Assembly (NCBI GenBank): GCA_022605425.2
Contig: CM061251.1
Coordinates: 248,001-312,000 of the forward strand
DNA length: 64,000 nt
Reading direction: 5' to 3'
Source of the DNA: Hamiltosporidium tvaerminnensis FI-OER-3-3
Lineage: Eukaryota; Fungi; Microsporidia
The first letter of the stretch is position 1. The number at the start of each line of letters is the position of its first letter. The notes under the pieces were generated by a model. It was not told the DNA's origin and made no database searches. It worked only from the letters and a program-made list of their open reading frames with translations. A program made the translations under genes and the position numbers. Positions 1 to 13,310 of this stretch are shown in pieces.

Positions 1-811
1 GGATGTTGAGTGTAAGGGGAAACAATATAACACAAATCAAAATACACGGAAATAAAGGAGAATTTATACAAAATAAAATGACAGTTTTTGATTTTGAGAA
101 CGATGAATTATTCATAATATAAACAAATTAACTTATAAAAAATCAACGAAACAAGTATAAAAATGTATTTTTTATAGAACTAACCTATTATACTATAAAT
201 AAAATTTTATTTGTCACTTTTTTGTTTTATAAATAAACATAAAACAAACAAATAAATGAAAATGGAATTAACACATTACAAAATACTTTATAAGATTTAT
301 TCTGCGATGTCTAAAATGATGAGTAAATTTAAAGGATTGTTTAGTCACGTATCGGATACGAACTAAAGAAATATTTTTAATTAAAGATTATTAGTTATAT
401 GGAAGTTTAATTTTTTTTTTCTAAGAAATATCAAAGGTATTTTCATGTTGTATATTTTTAAATTATATTCTTCCGGTCAATTTCTGGGATTTAATACTTC
501 CCATTTAATGTTTTATTTATATTCAATTTACTTAAATTATACTTATTTACATATTTCAGTCTTCGTGTACCTCTTGCTGATGAGGATGCTAGATTATAGA
601 GATTCTTTAAAACAATTTATTATAATGCAAAAAAAATAAATTATTTAACTTTACGAATACAAACCCATCCATTTTAATGATTTAATAATACATTCAACGA
701 TTCTCTTACCAAACTTTCATCATTACTTATTTCAATTCATATTTATAATCAATTTACCACAACATCTATTCTTTAAATCTTTATTCAAACTGATTACAAA
801 TTAATTTAAAT

Positions 812-1525
812 TTACAATCTATTTATATCAAATCCAACAGATTTTAAAGTAATTTCTATAGTTTTTCTATCAACAATAATAGAATAAATATTTCCTCTTT
901 TAATAATAACATTTTTATTAACAAGACTATTTAATGTTACTTTGATTAAAAATGAATTTCCAAGATTATTATCGATTTCTTTAACTGTTTTAAACAAATA
1001 TTCATATCTATTTGTAATATTGAGTGCAAATAATATTACTTTTTCCAAATATGTTAATATTAGAGCACATATAGGGTAATTAATAAATTTAATATGATTG
1101 GATAACTGAAATATATTTTTCTCTAAAAAAAGTGGTTTTTTTATTTCAGATATTAAATTTTGAGAATATTTATGTTTTAAATAGTTGAGTTTTTCTGATT
1201 GCGATATTGTAAATATGTACGGTATAAAATCCAAATGAATAGATTTGTTGAATAATAATATTTTATAATTTACAAGATTTGTATTTGGGTGTTCAAAAAT
1301 GATGTTAAGTATTTTTTTATCGTACATATTTGTTAAAGAAGGATATATTGGTTTATATGGTATTGATTTGTATTTTAAATATTCTGAAAATGTTTCAAAT
1401 GCTTCTAATGTTAATATTTGTATTTGAAAATGTGATGAGTTATTTATTATTTCTATTAAATTATCCAATGAAGAAAATCTTGTATAATTTATGGTTACAG
1501 ATTTTAGTTTTCTTTTAGTTGACAT
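812..1525 (-). CDS. ORC5-like origin recognition complex subunit (reduced)
   Basis: 237-aa ORF. The C-terminus 'LNSLVNKNVI...YSIIVDRKTIEITLKSVGFDINRL' resembles the ORC5 C-terminal winged-helix ending (Y...V..D.I..IA..V.FDI). A CC motif lies just upstream of the ATG. Confidence 0.45.
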   Translation of the reverse strand: MSTKRKLKSVTINYTRFSSLDNLIEIINNSSHFQIQILTLEAFETFSEYLKYKSIPYKPIYPSLTNMYDKKILNIIFEHPNTNLVNYKILLFNKSIHLDFIPYIFTISQSEKLNYLKHKYSQNLISEIKKPLFLEKNIFQLSNHIKFINYPICALILTYLEKVILFALNITNRYEYLFKTVKEIDNNLGNSFLIKVTLNSLVNKNVIIKRGNIYSIIVDRKTIEITLKSVGFDINRL

Positions 1526-2664
1526 CTTAAGGATTAAAAAAAAATGAAATTTAAAAACCGTTTTTTTTGAGATTCAAAAAAATATTTAATTTCTAAGAAA
1601 TTACGTGAAGTGGAAAATATTTAAAACATTTTTTTGGGATCTTAAAATATCTTTATATTTATGAGAAAAGATGACCAAAAAACAGAGAAATAAATCTAAA
1701 AATACATAACTTTATAGGAGAAATACATTTAAATATGCAATTTTTATAATATAATTATAATAAAACCAGATACTTGAAAGAGATAGAACAAAAGAGTACA
1801 ATTATATTCAATTATTTTTTGTTAAATCGAGAAAGAAAGGTAAAGAAAAAAATTTAAATTAATTTCTTTGAACCAAAATAAAATTTAAGAAATAAAAAAG
1901 TGAAAAAGTATGAATTGTAGAAGAAAATGATTTAGAATGAAGGGATAGTAATCATTTTCTAAACACGGTTGTACCATACATATAATCATTGTATCATTTT
2001 TTTTAATAATTTAAATACAATATTAGGCATTTTAAAAAAAAGCATAAAAAATCTACTTGTATTTTTTATTTCCCGCTCCTCAATTTTTATATTCAAGACT
2101 AAATCAATGTGATTTCAATCTTTTTGTTCGCTAAATTCAGAAACGTTTGAAAACATTTGATAGAAAAAATTTTTGAATTCAATGGAGGGATTAAAACATG
2201 TTAAAATAGAATAAAATTTTATTGTTATTTGATATTTATACAAAATTTTTTGATCGATGAATGAATAACGGCAGAATTTTTAAGTAACCTGTTTTTGAAT
2301 TCGATTTTCATTTCTTTTTTTGTAGAAATATATTTTTTTGCAAATATTTTAAATTATTTTTTTATTTTGGTCATTTCTTTTACATTTTTTGTCTTTGAAA
2401 TCATTATATCCTAAAAAATAACATAAAAATAAATTATTTATCTATTTGAGTAAATTTAATGGCGCTGGGTAAAGGATTTATATACATTAAATATGTTTGA
2501 TAAATTAAAAAAATTTAGAATTAAATTTTAAATCTATTTTAGTTGGGAATATTTAAATTTTAGAAGAATGAAATGTACAATCATGAGTTTATTTACGTAA
2601 AAACCGTATCTATAACGAAGAAATACTGAAGAAATAATGTATTTAAATTTTTTATACAATAAAT

Positions 2665-3528
2665 TTATGTAGTTTGTTCTTTTGTGCCCTGTTCTGATAT
2701 ATTATCCACTGTTTGTTTAGTTGCATTTACATTTGCAATATCTTTGCGTTCATATTGCTTCAGACTTTTTATCTCATTGAGTTGTTCACCGACAACACTT
2801 TTTAAAATTTCTATAAAATCTTCATCTTCCATGTTTTTAGGTATATCAATTTTTTCTTCTACACTTAATTCTATGTTGGCGTTTTCGTTTTCATTAGCCG
2901 CTTTAATTTTAGCATTCTCTGCTCCATTATATATTTCACCTTCTTTACCGTGTTCGAGTAGCAAATCCGATCTTTTTTCAACGGAAACTTGCATATTTTT
3001 ACCGTTTTTATCTTTCTGTGTTTTATTATTCTTAAGTTTAACTACTTGGTGCAGAATAGCCACCTGTGATTTAATGCCTTCCTTTTCCATTTTTTTTATC
3101 TGCTCTTCTTCATTGAATTTCCCTTCCTGTTCCTCATATTCTGTTCCCTCATCTTGTTTTTCTTTAGTTACATATTCTTCTTGCCCTTCTCTTTCAATCT
3201 CATTGGTATCATTGTCTCCTTGCCTATCCTTTTTATATTCATCTGTATCCTGTTCAGGTTTATTCAATTCTCTGGGTTTAGATTTATTTTCTCCGGGTAT
3301 CTGGTCAATATTTTTTTCAAACCCACCTTGATCTTTAACATTATCTTCTTCTTTAATCTTTTTAGTTTTTCTTAAACTTTTTATATTTCCATATACTACA
3401 ACAACACTTACCAAAATCATTCCGGATAGTAAAAGCAAGAAAACCAATAATTTAAACAAATTTCTATCTTCAAAACTATTATTTCCACCGGAAGTTTGTG
3501 CAGATTGCTGTGTTCCTGGATTAGACAT
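2665..3528 (-). CDS. Hypothetical single-pass membrane protein with E/K-rich tail
   Basis: 287-aa ORF with one hydrophobic helix (LLVFLLLLSGMILVSVVVVY) followed by charged low-complexity sequence. Confidence 0.75.
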   Translation of the reverse strand: MSNPGTQQSAQTSGGNNSFEDRNLFKLLVFLLLLSGMILVSVVVVYGNIKSLRKTKKIKEEDNVKDQGGFEKNIDQIPGENKSKPRELNKPEQDTDEYKKDRQGDNDTNEIEREGQEEYVTKEKQDEGTEYEEQEGKFNEEEQIKKMEKEGIKSQVAILHQVVKLKNNKTQKDKNGKNMQVSVEKRSDLLLEHGKEGEIYNGAENAKIKAANENENANIELSVEEKIDIPKNMEDEDFIEILKSVVGEQLNEIKSLKQYERKDIANVNATKQTVDNISEQGTKEQTT

Positions 3529-4075
3529 TTTAATCTGTAAAAATATTTCCTTTTTTAAATATTCTGTTAATTATATATCCAATCAGAGTATAACTTTTAT
3601 ATTACATAGTATTACATAATAATATGTCATAAAAATATGACAAATACGCTTTTTATATCGTTTTTTTGTTAAAATTTAAATTGTTTTTGTTTATTGACAT
3701 CATTTTAAAACCTCCTATTTATATATTTAAAAATATGGTTAAATTCAAACTAATATAATATTCTGGATCTATAGACCAATCAAATAAAATCCAAGTTACA
3801 GAAAAATAAAAAAAACAAACGAAAAATTTCTATTTTTACATCCTCGACACCGAGAGGTAAAAGAGTAACTCAATAAGTATATAAGTAATATAATATGCCT
3901 TTATTTCCCTAATTTTTTAATTCATTTGTTTTATTTAATTCTAATTCGTTGATATCTAAGTTTCATTTGGTTCTTAAAAAATTATGTTCCCTGAAATTAA
4001 TCTTAAAAAATCATACTTTAATATTATTTGTTAAAAAGTTTATTTATTTTTTCTATCATTATATAATGTAATAAT

Positions 4076-4804
4076 GTGGAGGGAGGATAACCACATAAAA
4101 AAACTTTCTGGATGGCAATGAGCGTATGAAACTGGTATGAAGATCATTGTTTGGATTTTTGGTAGGAATAAAACCACACTACATCTTTGGTTCTTCCATG
4201 GGAGTTGTTTTGAGGAGGAAAGGTCTAAGAAATGGAGAAACCTTTTCTACAAATTTATTTGTAGTTTTTTGTGTAACCAGATTGCAGACCGCAGCTGAAC
4301 TTAAAGGTAATTGTCATGTAAAAGCATAGAAACATAGCCTTGCTCACTCGGGTTTGAAGACTTAGCGCCTGGGAGATATAAAAATAAAAACCATTAAAAG
4401 CCGGGAGAGCTAAGTAGCAGGTTATACCTGATGGTATGACATTGCACTGTCTAGGTGGACCTTATGTAAATCTCTGAAATATATTTTAGCTAAAAGTTTA
4501 TTGGGTTCAGGAAGTGTAGAATAAGTGGGAATGCTGCATAGTCGTGGGGGAGCCCAGGAGGCATCGGCCTTCGATCATACCCCATGTAACGGACATTAAC
4601 GAACTCCTGGCAACTGCCTCGCCTATTTATTAGGTTCTACACAGCTGGTAGATGAAAATCTTTGGGATATAGGCATCGTAGGGGATAGTAAATTTTTGTT
4701 GGAGCAGTTATTTATGTTAAACCTAGAACTGCGTTAATGTCATGAAAACAAATACAACACTTTCCACTGTTTTTTTAAAAAGATTGGATATTTACCAAAT
4801 AAAA
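4076..4804 (+). mobile_element. ~725-bp structured non-coding SINE-like element, copy 1
   Basis: Colinear with 53551-54276 and with the reverse complement of 40560-41281. Starts GTGGAGGGAGGATAACCAC and contains many predicted helices. Confidence 0.85.
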
Positions 4805-5224
4805 AATACGATTAATTTAATAAAACCTGCAACAAAAAGAAAACATTATGACAAGTTTATAACCCAACTGATTATTCTTACTAGACCTTCTAGTTGATTA
4901 TAAACGACTAAATTACGTTTTCAATCGTATCAATTAATTGAAACAAAAAAACCCATTTAATATTGATTTTGCGCCATTAAATCTAAAACATTTCAGTTTA
5001 TTCATAACTATTGATTATAAACTTAACTTCTAGATTTACAAAAGAATAAATTTTTATATTTCATAATATTCAAATATGACTTATAAAATGGTGATATTAT
5101 ACCTCTAAAAATTAGATTAACAATTCGAAGCAAAATTACTATTTATTTGGCTTTAAAATATTCTGATAAAAATGAAAAGACATAAATGAAAAGTATAAAT
5201 TTAATTAAAACCTGATTTCAATTT

Positions 5225-6191
5225 TTAATTTGAAATATATTCATCGATTATAATATCACGAGAAGGATATTCTACCAGTTTAAGTAAAGTGGCAACGGTA
5301 TGTTGATATATCAAGCTTTCAATCCAACTACGATAGAAATTAACATTAACTAAAACTTTATTTCTAATTCTAACCGGTAACCTGGCATAACTATTTTCAT
5401 CAACTATAGAATATTTAAAAGATATAAAGAAATATAAATTATGTTCGGTTGTAAAAATATGCTTAAAAATAGTTAAAAAATATGCTATTTGATATTCAAT
5501 TTTAGGAATTTCTTCTGCTATTATAATTAAAACTCCATTTTTCGATATTTTCTCATATTCAATTTGTGGAAAAAATTCATCATTCGATTTATATTTTATT
5601 TTGTATATAACTAATGTCTCTTTATATTTCTTTAAATCACCATTTAATAAACCGGTTTCAAAAATATCTTTTATTTGACTGTATAATTTATCGAATGATA
5701 TTTTAATGTTATATTTTAGAATATATGCATATTTATATATTTCGGGTAAGTATCCCCGTAGATATTTAATAATGTCTGGAATAATATCAAAAATTTCTTG
5801 TGGTAAACATTTATTTTTAATAATAGTATATTCGATGTCGTCTTTTGACAGAGAAACAACTGTCTGCTTTTTTTTCTCGATCAAAAAACTCAGGAGAATC
5901 AACGAAAATTCCTGTTCGTTCATTTATTTTTTTGTTCTTTTTTTCAGGTTCATCTCCATTTATATTTGGTTCTCCACTTGTTTCATCTATTTTTGCCGTT
6001 ATATTTTCGAAATATAGACGAACGAATGTGGGGTTTTCCGAAAACTGAATATCAGTTCTATTATAATATTCTATTCGTTCATGGTTTTTATAGTACATTT
6101 TTCTATAATTATACGCTCTTTGTGATTTATATAACAAATTTGCGCCAAATGCACTACCAAATAGAAATAATATATTATAAATATACATCAA
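5225..6191 (-). CDS. Hypothetical secreted protein split into overlapping ORFs 5817-6191 and 5225-5923 (probable homopolymer frameshift)
   Basis: CCC motif before the ATG and signal-peptide-like MMYIYNILFLFGSAFG. The two ORFs overlap next to T homopolymer runs at ~5870-5945. Confidence 0.6.
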
Positions 6192-6369
6192 GGGTATAAA
6201 TTTATTTAGTTTTTTGATATAAAAAGATCACAAGTATCATTGGTCTTGAACTTTTACGGAAATTTAATCATTCTTAAAAAGGATTAATAAATATAACAGA
6301 AAAATTAATTTAATCGTATTAAAAAAAATAACATCCTTTGTGAAATTGTGCCATGTATTACATTATTTG

Positions 6370-7005
6370 ACAAAATTAATACATTTTAGTCTCAAAATAG
6401 ATGGCTGCCTTTCTAGCACACCATCAGTATTTTATACCATACCTAGATTCCAAAGATTTTCATCTACGGATGATAGAATCTAGTAAATAGCGATCTGGTT
6501 GTCTGAAGTATATCGTGGGTCGAAACTAGTTCTGAATATTCCGATACTAAAACGGTTCTAGATACTCTACACTAACCAGATCGAATAGATTTTCAGCTGA
6601 GATGTATTTCAGCGAGCTACTTAGGATTCACCTAGAAGTCGCAATCCATGCCAACTGGTATAATTAACTACTATGCACCTCTGGCTTTAAAGGATATGTT
6701 TTTTTGGTTCCGAAGCTCTAAGTCTTCTAACTCGAGTGAGAAGCGCAAGGTTTTCATGCTTTTGAATTAAAACAAATCTAGAATCCAGTCTTAGTTTCCA
6801 ATCCAGCTACAAAAAAAACTGCAAAATATGCTTGTAAAAAAAGTTTCGCCATTTTATTGATCTCTTCTTCATATCAAATTCTCACGAATCGACCAAAAAT
6901 ATAGTGTGGTTTTCATTCTACCAAAAATCCAAACAATGATTTTCACATCAATTTCATTTAATCATTGCCAATCAGAAAGTTTTAAATGTAGTTATTCTCT
7001 CTTTA
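6370..7005 (-). mobile_element. Diverged copy of the structured SINE-like element
   Basis: The reverse complement retains GATAACTAC..AAAACTTTCTG..GGCAATGA, ATCATTGTTTGGATTTTTGGTAG, GTTAGAAGACTTAG and GTAGATGAAAATCTTTGG in the same order. Confidence 0.75.
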
Positions 7006-7742
7006 TCATATTAGAAAGAAAAAATTATCAATTTTTTTTTAATTATTTCGAATTCCAAGCAAAAAAACGACAAATTATTTAACTTAAATATAATATTTGA
7101 AATATAGCTTTATATTATAAACATATTCAGAACATTTTAAACTTTACTAATGATGACTCAGATCTTATAATAATTTATGATTTATTTTAAATAAATCCAT
7201 AGACTGGATAATTTTCAATATTATCTAAAATAATTAATTGTCATATAAGTATAAGTAATTTCAATATATAAAATTTTCAATTTACAAATATCTATTTTCA
7301 TACACAACTACTATTTTTCTATTTATTTATTCATTCACTTTTATCTTTCAATGGTTATTTTTTTAATATGTATCATTTATATAATCGAGTAGTGTAGCGA
7401 ACGACAAAAACTTATTTCAAAATGTTGATTGATTCGAAATAGTGAAATACTCAATAAATATCCGTAGAAGTAGAACAGGAAGCATTAACTATTATTTGAA
7501 AAAAATCTTTCTAGGTTGTCAATCATCTTAAGAGAAACCGTTAATAAATATTTTTTTTGCTTTTTCAGTAAGATTCATGTAATAGATTTGTTGGAAATTC
7601 TTTTTAAGCATTTTAACCAATATAAAAACATATTTATCATAGGATTAATGTTTTTTTAACTTTTCTATGTGCGATATATTCCTATCCACAATGAGAAATG
7701 CACAAAATAATTATTTCTTTAATATTTTAAGCAATTTTATCA

Positions 7743-8449
7743 TCTTTATATATACAAATGAATCTATGTGTATATAAGTGTCTGTGTGTGTTTAAAGACA
7801 ATAGATAAAGGGTATTGTTTTCATTATAAAAGTGTTAACTAAAAAGCTTATTATGGGATTTTTATTTAAAGTGTTAATATGAGTGAGTGAAGTTAAATGG
7901 TGTTAATAATAGGGTGTTAATGAGAAATGGTGGTTTAAAGGTTGTTAGTAAATATATTTAAGTTAACGGGTTGTTAACATAGATTGCTGCATATTAAAGG
8001 GGTTTAGTGATAAGGAGAAGCATGATAGGGTGTTATTTGAAAGTGTAATTGAGTAAAGGATGATTATATAGATGTATTATTAAAGCGGGAATTTACTGAT
8101 TCCACACATTTCAACGGGTCAAACAGATTAACTATTTAAAATGTAAGTTTCTTTAGGATTCACTTTTGGAAGGACAATAAAACGCAGAAATTTAAACGCG
8201 GCAGTGTGTAGAATAGATTTGGTTAAAGCGTGCTTTTCCAGAAAACTTCATGTAGCCACTTTATTCGTGGAAATCTCTGGCGGTTTTTTCGTTTAGATAC
8301 TAAAACAAAATCAAAGATATTATTGTACAAAAGCACTCGAAAAAATAAATAAATACGCTTCAAATCAATAAACTCTTATATTAATTGTTTTTATTGTACT
8401 CAAATTTACTTTCTTTCATTATCGCAGCAACGCGTGGCGGTTAACCTAG
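7743..8449 (+). mobile_element. Non-autonomous Helitron
   Basis: 5' A|TC-TTTATATATA start, 3' subterminal GC-rich hairpin CGCAGCAACGCGTGGCGG, and CTAG|T terminus at 8446-8450. Related sequence occurs at 41310-42033 and at the ends of 18730-20357. Confidence 0.8.
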
Positions 8450-9461
8450 TACTTGAAAATTTAACAGATTTTCAATAAAAATCCAGAAATTTATGAGCTA
8501 ATGATTTCATTAGCACTAAATTTCTTTGGAAAACTGTTTTTTTGCACAAAAAAATCGATTACACAAATAAATGCAACGAGAAAAAAGCCAGAATGAAAAA
8601 AATATATTTCTAATTGAAAAAAATAAACGGAAAATACAAAATCGAGGCTTTAAATAGACAAAAAGCAAGTATATTAGAAAAGCACGCATGTAGATTCAAA
8701 AGTTCCTAGATTTGTATTAGGAAATGGCTCAAAGTGCGGCTAAAAATTCAGATATAAAAATGCAAAGAAAATATACAAGTAAACAGATCAGACAAAGGTA
8801 TAAAATTCTAATAAAAAAGATTTAAAATTATGACAAAAAAAATGAAGTTCAAGATGATAAATCAGGTTATATTTAGTTATATTTTTTATGTAAAATTTAA
8901 TCTATTTCTAAAGCTCAAAAGCTACTTTATTTATATTTGATAAATTAAACAAAAATCTTTTCTTATTTAAATTTAATTAAATTGAAACAAAAATATAATA
9001 ATTTACGAGGTAGAAGGAAATTTATAAAATCATGAAAAATATTTTAATTCAGATTTTTATTAAATAAAAATATAATAAATTTGAAATGTCTATAAAATGC
9101 TCAAGTCATATATTAGAGTGTTAATTATTCTAATCAATCAAAATATATTTCTATCATAATATGAAATTAAATTAGCGTAACTTTATTTCTCACCTATAAT
9201 ATTATTTTCTAAGTTCTTCCTTCAATGGATTCACATTTTTTTTACTGTTTTATATTTTTTTACAATTTTATATTTTTAAAGAAGGTGGTGGTAAAAGAGA
9301 TAGAAGAAAATGGATAAAACTTGTAGAAACATTTTACCCAAGAAATTTAAAGTATAAAATGCTTTTTTTAATTTTTTTTATTTACTAAAAATTTTCTATA
9401 AAATATTAAAGTTACAAATACAGACAAATATATAAAAATAAATATTGAATTACTGAAATTT

Positions 9462-10262
9462 TTATTTTCTTAATTTGCTTATATTTGTTGAAACCTGGAA
9501 TGAAAGTGCCAAGATGAACAAAATAAACCAAATAATACTCAATCTCCACCCAATAACAGAAACCTGGTCAATATTAAAATTCAAAATAGCATTTTTAAAT
9601 CCCCACTCTCTATTCAGCAATAATTCCAACGTAGAAAGAAATAAAAGTGACCCAAAATAACAGCAAATTATAGACAATAATAAAATAGGTACTGAAGCAG
9701 ACAAATACCAAGCAAATATTATAAATGGGATAAACAGTATCCATCTGATGTAATTTTTTTCAATAAAAAATTTTATCAAAGCCTTCTTGTGAAATATTTC
9801 ACGATAAGCTACAATCGTTAAAATTCCAAAAATAACATAATGATTCATCTTAAATACAAAGTTTAGAAGAACAGCTATAATCAAACATACAACAAACAAA
9901 ATTATCCAAACTACTTTGGGATTTTCTTCTATCAATTTTACTATCTTTTCACAAAATTCTGGTCTAATAAAATTCAATAATTTTTCGTTTTCTTTAACTG
10001 TATTTTGAAGTTTATTGTAAAAATTAAAAAAATATCCATTCAGAATTAATATAAGTAACCCTGTTAGACTTACTGCAGAATATTTTGCGCCAATTGTCAT
10101 TAAAAAGATAGAAAAAACAAGAAAACAAATTTCAAAGAAATATTCAAACGGAGTATTAAAACTTTTCTTTAAATTTCCCAATAATGCTACAATCAAAGAA
10201 CAATTTATAATATTGAATTTAAATATTAGTAACTTCGAACCATTCATACCCCTCGATTCCAT
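9462..10262 (-). CDS. Multi-pass membrane protein (possibly DUF4203/TMEM198-like)
   Basis: 266-aa ORF with about 7-8 hydrophobic segments. The family assignment is only a resemblance. Confidence 0.65.
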   Translation of the reverse strand: MESRGMNGSKLLIFKFNIINCSLIVALLGNLKKSFNTPFEYFFEICFLVFSIFLMTIGAKYSAVSLTGLLILILNGYFFNFYNKLQNTVKENEKLLNFIRPEFCEKIVKLIEENPKVVWIILFVVCLIIAVLLNFVFKMNHYVIFGILTIVAYREIFHKKALIKFFIEKNYIRWILFIPFIIFAWYLSASVPILLLSIICCYFGSLLFLSTLELLLNREWGFKNAILNFNIDQVSVIGWRLSIIWFILFILALSFQVSTNISKLRK

Positions 10263-10382
10263 TTATTATTTAAATAAATTTTAAAAAGATAACAGATTTT
10301 TAAAAAAAGATAAAAAAATCTAAGCATTAAAAAGAGAAAAAAATTAAGAAAATTTAAGGAGATAAAAATAATTTTCAAATTC

Positions 10383-10565
10383 AAATTGAACCAATAAATT
10401 ATTGTTCAATGTGATTTTAAAAATAGAAATGATTGGTTGTTAAAACATTCTTATTAAATTGAACCAATAGATTATAATTCAAAGTAGTTTTAAAAAAATG
10501 ATTGGATGTTAAAACATTGCATTTTAAATTGAACTAATAGATAATAATTTAAAATAGTTTTTAAA
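10383..10565. repeat. ~70-bp imperfect tandem repeat (~2.5 units) containing CCAAT/ATTGG
   Basis: AAATTGAACCAATA...ATGATTGG.TGTTAAAACATT is repeated. Confidence 0.7.
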
Positions 10566-12070
10566 TTTTATTTAATAAAATTCTGGGTTAAAACATTTTT
10601 ACCATTTTTATATGTTTTCTTCTACCTCTTTAACCACTATTGTCTCTTCTTCCAAATCCGACTCTTCATTTATGTTATTGGTCGGTTCCTCTAAAGTGGT
10701 TCCTCCTTGTGAAATAAGGGGTGCTTTATTTTTTGGTTTTAAAATTTTAACACCATCTTCCTCTCTCTTCTCTTCTTTTAAAGGGGGTATTGGTTCCTCA
10801 TGCACCTCTGATCTCATAATAACACCCATTGACGCTCTCTCCCAGCTCTCTTCGGCATTTAGTCCTGACTCAAGTCCTCTTCGTCGATCAAAGGAAATTG
10901 TTTCGACTGTCTTCTTAAGTACTATAGACTGAATGTATGCCTCTACATTCATGGGTATTTCTAGTCTTTTAAGATGAGATTTATGGTATTTTGTCACAAT
11001 ACCGTCCCAGGTCATCACATAAGGGATTATCTCAACACTACACTTATAAATAAGACCCAACTCATTGGCTAACAGGTCATACTTCCTAAGTTTTTCAGTT
11101 TCAACTATTTGAAGTGAATCTTGGGAAGTGATTCCTACTTCAATGAGTGTTATCTTATTCTTCTTCTTATCTAAAATAAATATGTCCGGTCTGTTATTCC
11201 GAATTTTAACATCAGTTTTTATTCTGGTGTCCACTCTTATCTCTGCGTACTCATTATCAAGAATTTCTTGAACTGAGTGACTCTTTATTCGTTTGGAAGA
11301 CTTAAACTTATATCTATTTAGAAGAAGTAAGTGTAGGCATCTAACCACTTCATTATGCCGTCTAGTGTAATCATGGCCTAGCATTTTTTCACATCTAGTT
11401 GCTAGATGATCTACAGTCTTACCAGACTTCCCACAATGTTGACACACACCATCTGCTCCCCAGAATACATTTCTATCCTGGATATAGCAGAACACAGCTT
11501 CATTTCGTGGCCTAATATTTCCTCTCTTTAGCCATCTTGAAGAGTCACTAACACTCACAAGCACATTTTTTCTTGCATTATATAACTTTGAATGGAGTTT
11601 TCGTTTTTCTATTTCGTTATATAGTTTTGCAAGTTGAGCTTCTTCTAAACTTTTCTTAGTGACTTCTTCTACCAACCTGTACTTTACTTTTAAGAAGCCT
11701 TTTATTAGTGCAAGATGGGATTTATTATTATTCTCCACCTTGAGGATCGCTGCTCGTCTAGTTGATATTTCTTTACTTTTTTCCAGACAATCCAAGAGTT
11801 GCAGAAGCATATGTTCGCTTCGCAACTCAACACTATGTAAGCCTCTTCCAAGTTCTGTTCTAGGAAGGTATAAACGCTCTTTACATCCTAGGCGGAGATG
11901 TATCTTATTCTTCACCAACACCGCACGCACTGCATCATCTAACTTAGAGAAGTCAGCCGGTTCCAGTCGAAGTACTCCTATGTGGTAGTTGATTAACGAT
12001 ATCGCATGTTGATTGATTGCAGAAAATAAATTTTTTGCATTTAATCTAGTGTGACAAAGTCTTTCAACTC
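10566..12070 (-). mobile_element. 5'-truncated R4/Dong-type non-LTR retrotransposon (post-RT region, CCHC finger, RLE endonuclease)
   Basis: ORF 10608-11930 has RLYLPR..GRGL, CQHC..TVDHLATRC..YTRRHN and RPDIFILD..LIEVG..EKLRKY. It is flanked by a 16-bp TSD TAAAATAGTTTTTAAA (10550-10565 and 12071-12086). Confidence 0.92.
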
Positions 12071-12179
12071 TAAAATAGTTTTTAAAAATATAAAATTTAT
12101 TTTAATTTGATTAATTTAATATTTAAAGAATTATTTTATATTGAAGAATATTCTAAGTATTTTTTTTATTTAAAAGTAT

Positions 12180-12880
12180 TTCATCTTTTTTAAACAGATA
12201 CAAGTGTTATATTGTTTTCATAACATTAAAGCGATTCCAGGTTCAACATAAATTACTGTTTCTTAACACTTCATCACTATTCCTTAGACATTAAAATTAT
12301 TGAAATTTTAATCTAAAAGGTGTGTAAAACCAATTATTGGGCAAGATAGTTACCTAGAGTTCGTTAATGTCTGTTGCCTATGTTTAATCTTAGAAAAAAA
12401 CACACCCTGGGCCCCAAAAGACAAGCAAAACATTTTTACCCTACACTTTACAAACATAATAAACTTACAGCTAATATATATCTCAGTGAACTACATTGGT
12501 CTCCGCAGACAGTACAATGACAAACCAAAAGGTATAACCCACTACCTAACTTTCCTGGGTTTAATGATTTCTATTTTTGCATCTCCAAGACACCAAGTCT
12601 TCTACCTTGAGTAGCAGAGATATGTAATCATAAATGCATTTGTATGTTACTTCCAATTTCAGACAAAATTCCAAATCTAATTCATAAAAAACAACAAAAT
12701 AGATTTGTAAAAACGCTAATGATTTCGTAGATCACCTCTTCCTCAAAAACTTTCATGAAAATCTCAAACTGTAGTGTGTTTTTATTCCCACCAAAAATCC
12801 AAAAAATGATCCTAACACCCATTTTACATACTCATTGCTAAGCAGATAGTTTCTATTATGGTTATTCTCTCTTCGCATCT
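12180..12880 (-). mobile_element. Diverged copy of the structured SINE-like element
   Basis: The reverse complement retains GAATAACCAT..AACTATCTGCTTAGCAATGAGT, TTTGGATTTTTGGTGGGAATAAAA and the 3' TTTATGTTGAACCTGGAA..TTAATGTTATGAAAACAA. Confidence 0.75.
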
Positions 12881-13310
12881 CAAGAATATAAAATCTGATT
12901 AGAAATGAAATATTTTTTTCCAAAAATATTACATTAAACTGTTTAAAGAACATAAAAGCCAAAAGAAATAATTTTCTTTATGTATTGATCATTTTACATC
13001 ATCAATAATATAAAATACAAAAGAAAGATTATTTATCAGTATATAAAATGAATTTTAGGTTTTATTCCTTTAATTTTTATCTTTATTATTCATATACGGG
13101 TTTGAAGACGAAGTCATAAAGAAGAAATTATAAGAAGCTCAATATTTTAACTTATGTAATAAAATCGAAAACTGAAAACTACATTCAAAGTTATATAATG
13201 CTAAAAATAATGAGCGGTAAGTTCAAATGAATCCTCAAGATGGTTAAGAAAAGGAAGTATGAGACTACGCAATAAAAGAATTTCAGCTATATCTAGAATA
13301 GAAATATATT

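Noticed and set aside
2880-2920. NAKIKAAN shared between ORF 2665-3528 and the R4/Dong first ORF
   Set aside because: Only 8 aa in K/N/A-rich sequence with no flanking similarity; probably chance.
4147-4329. Recurring 60-69 aa ORF 'FGFLVGIKPHY..' (also 41002-41211 and 12753-12962)
   Set aside because: It lies inside the repeated element, the 4147 and 41002 versions start at TTG, lengths differ, and copy 3 has an in-frame TGA (~53701). The similarity reflects DNA repeat identity.
10612-11988. Plus-strand ORFs conserved across retrotransposon copies (also 28953, 30031, 32152, 32291, 46264, 48382, 48521)
   Set aside because: Antisense frames of the retroelement ORF, conserved only because the copies are near-identical.
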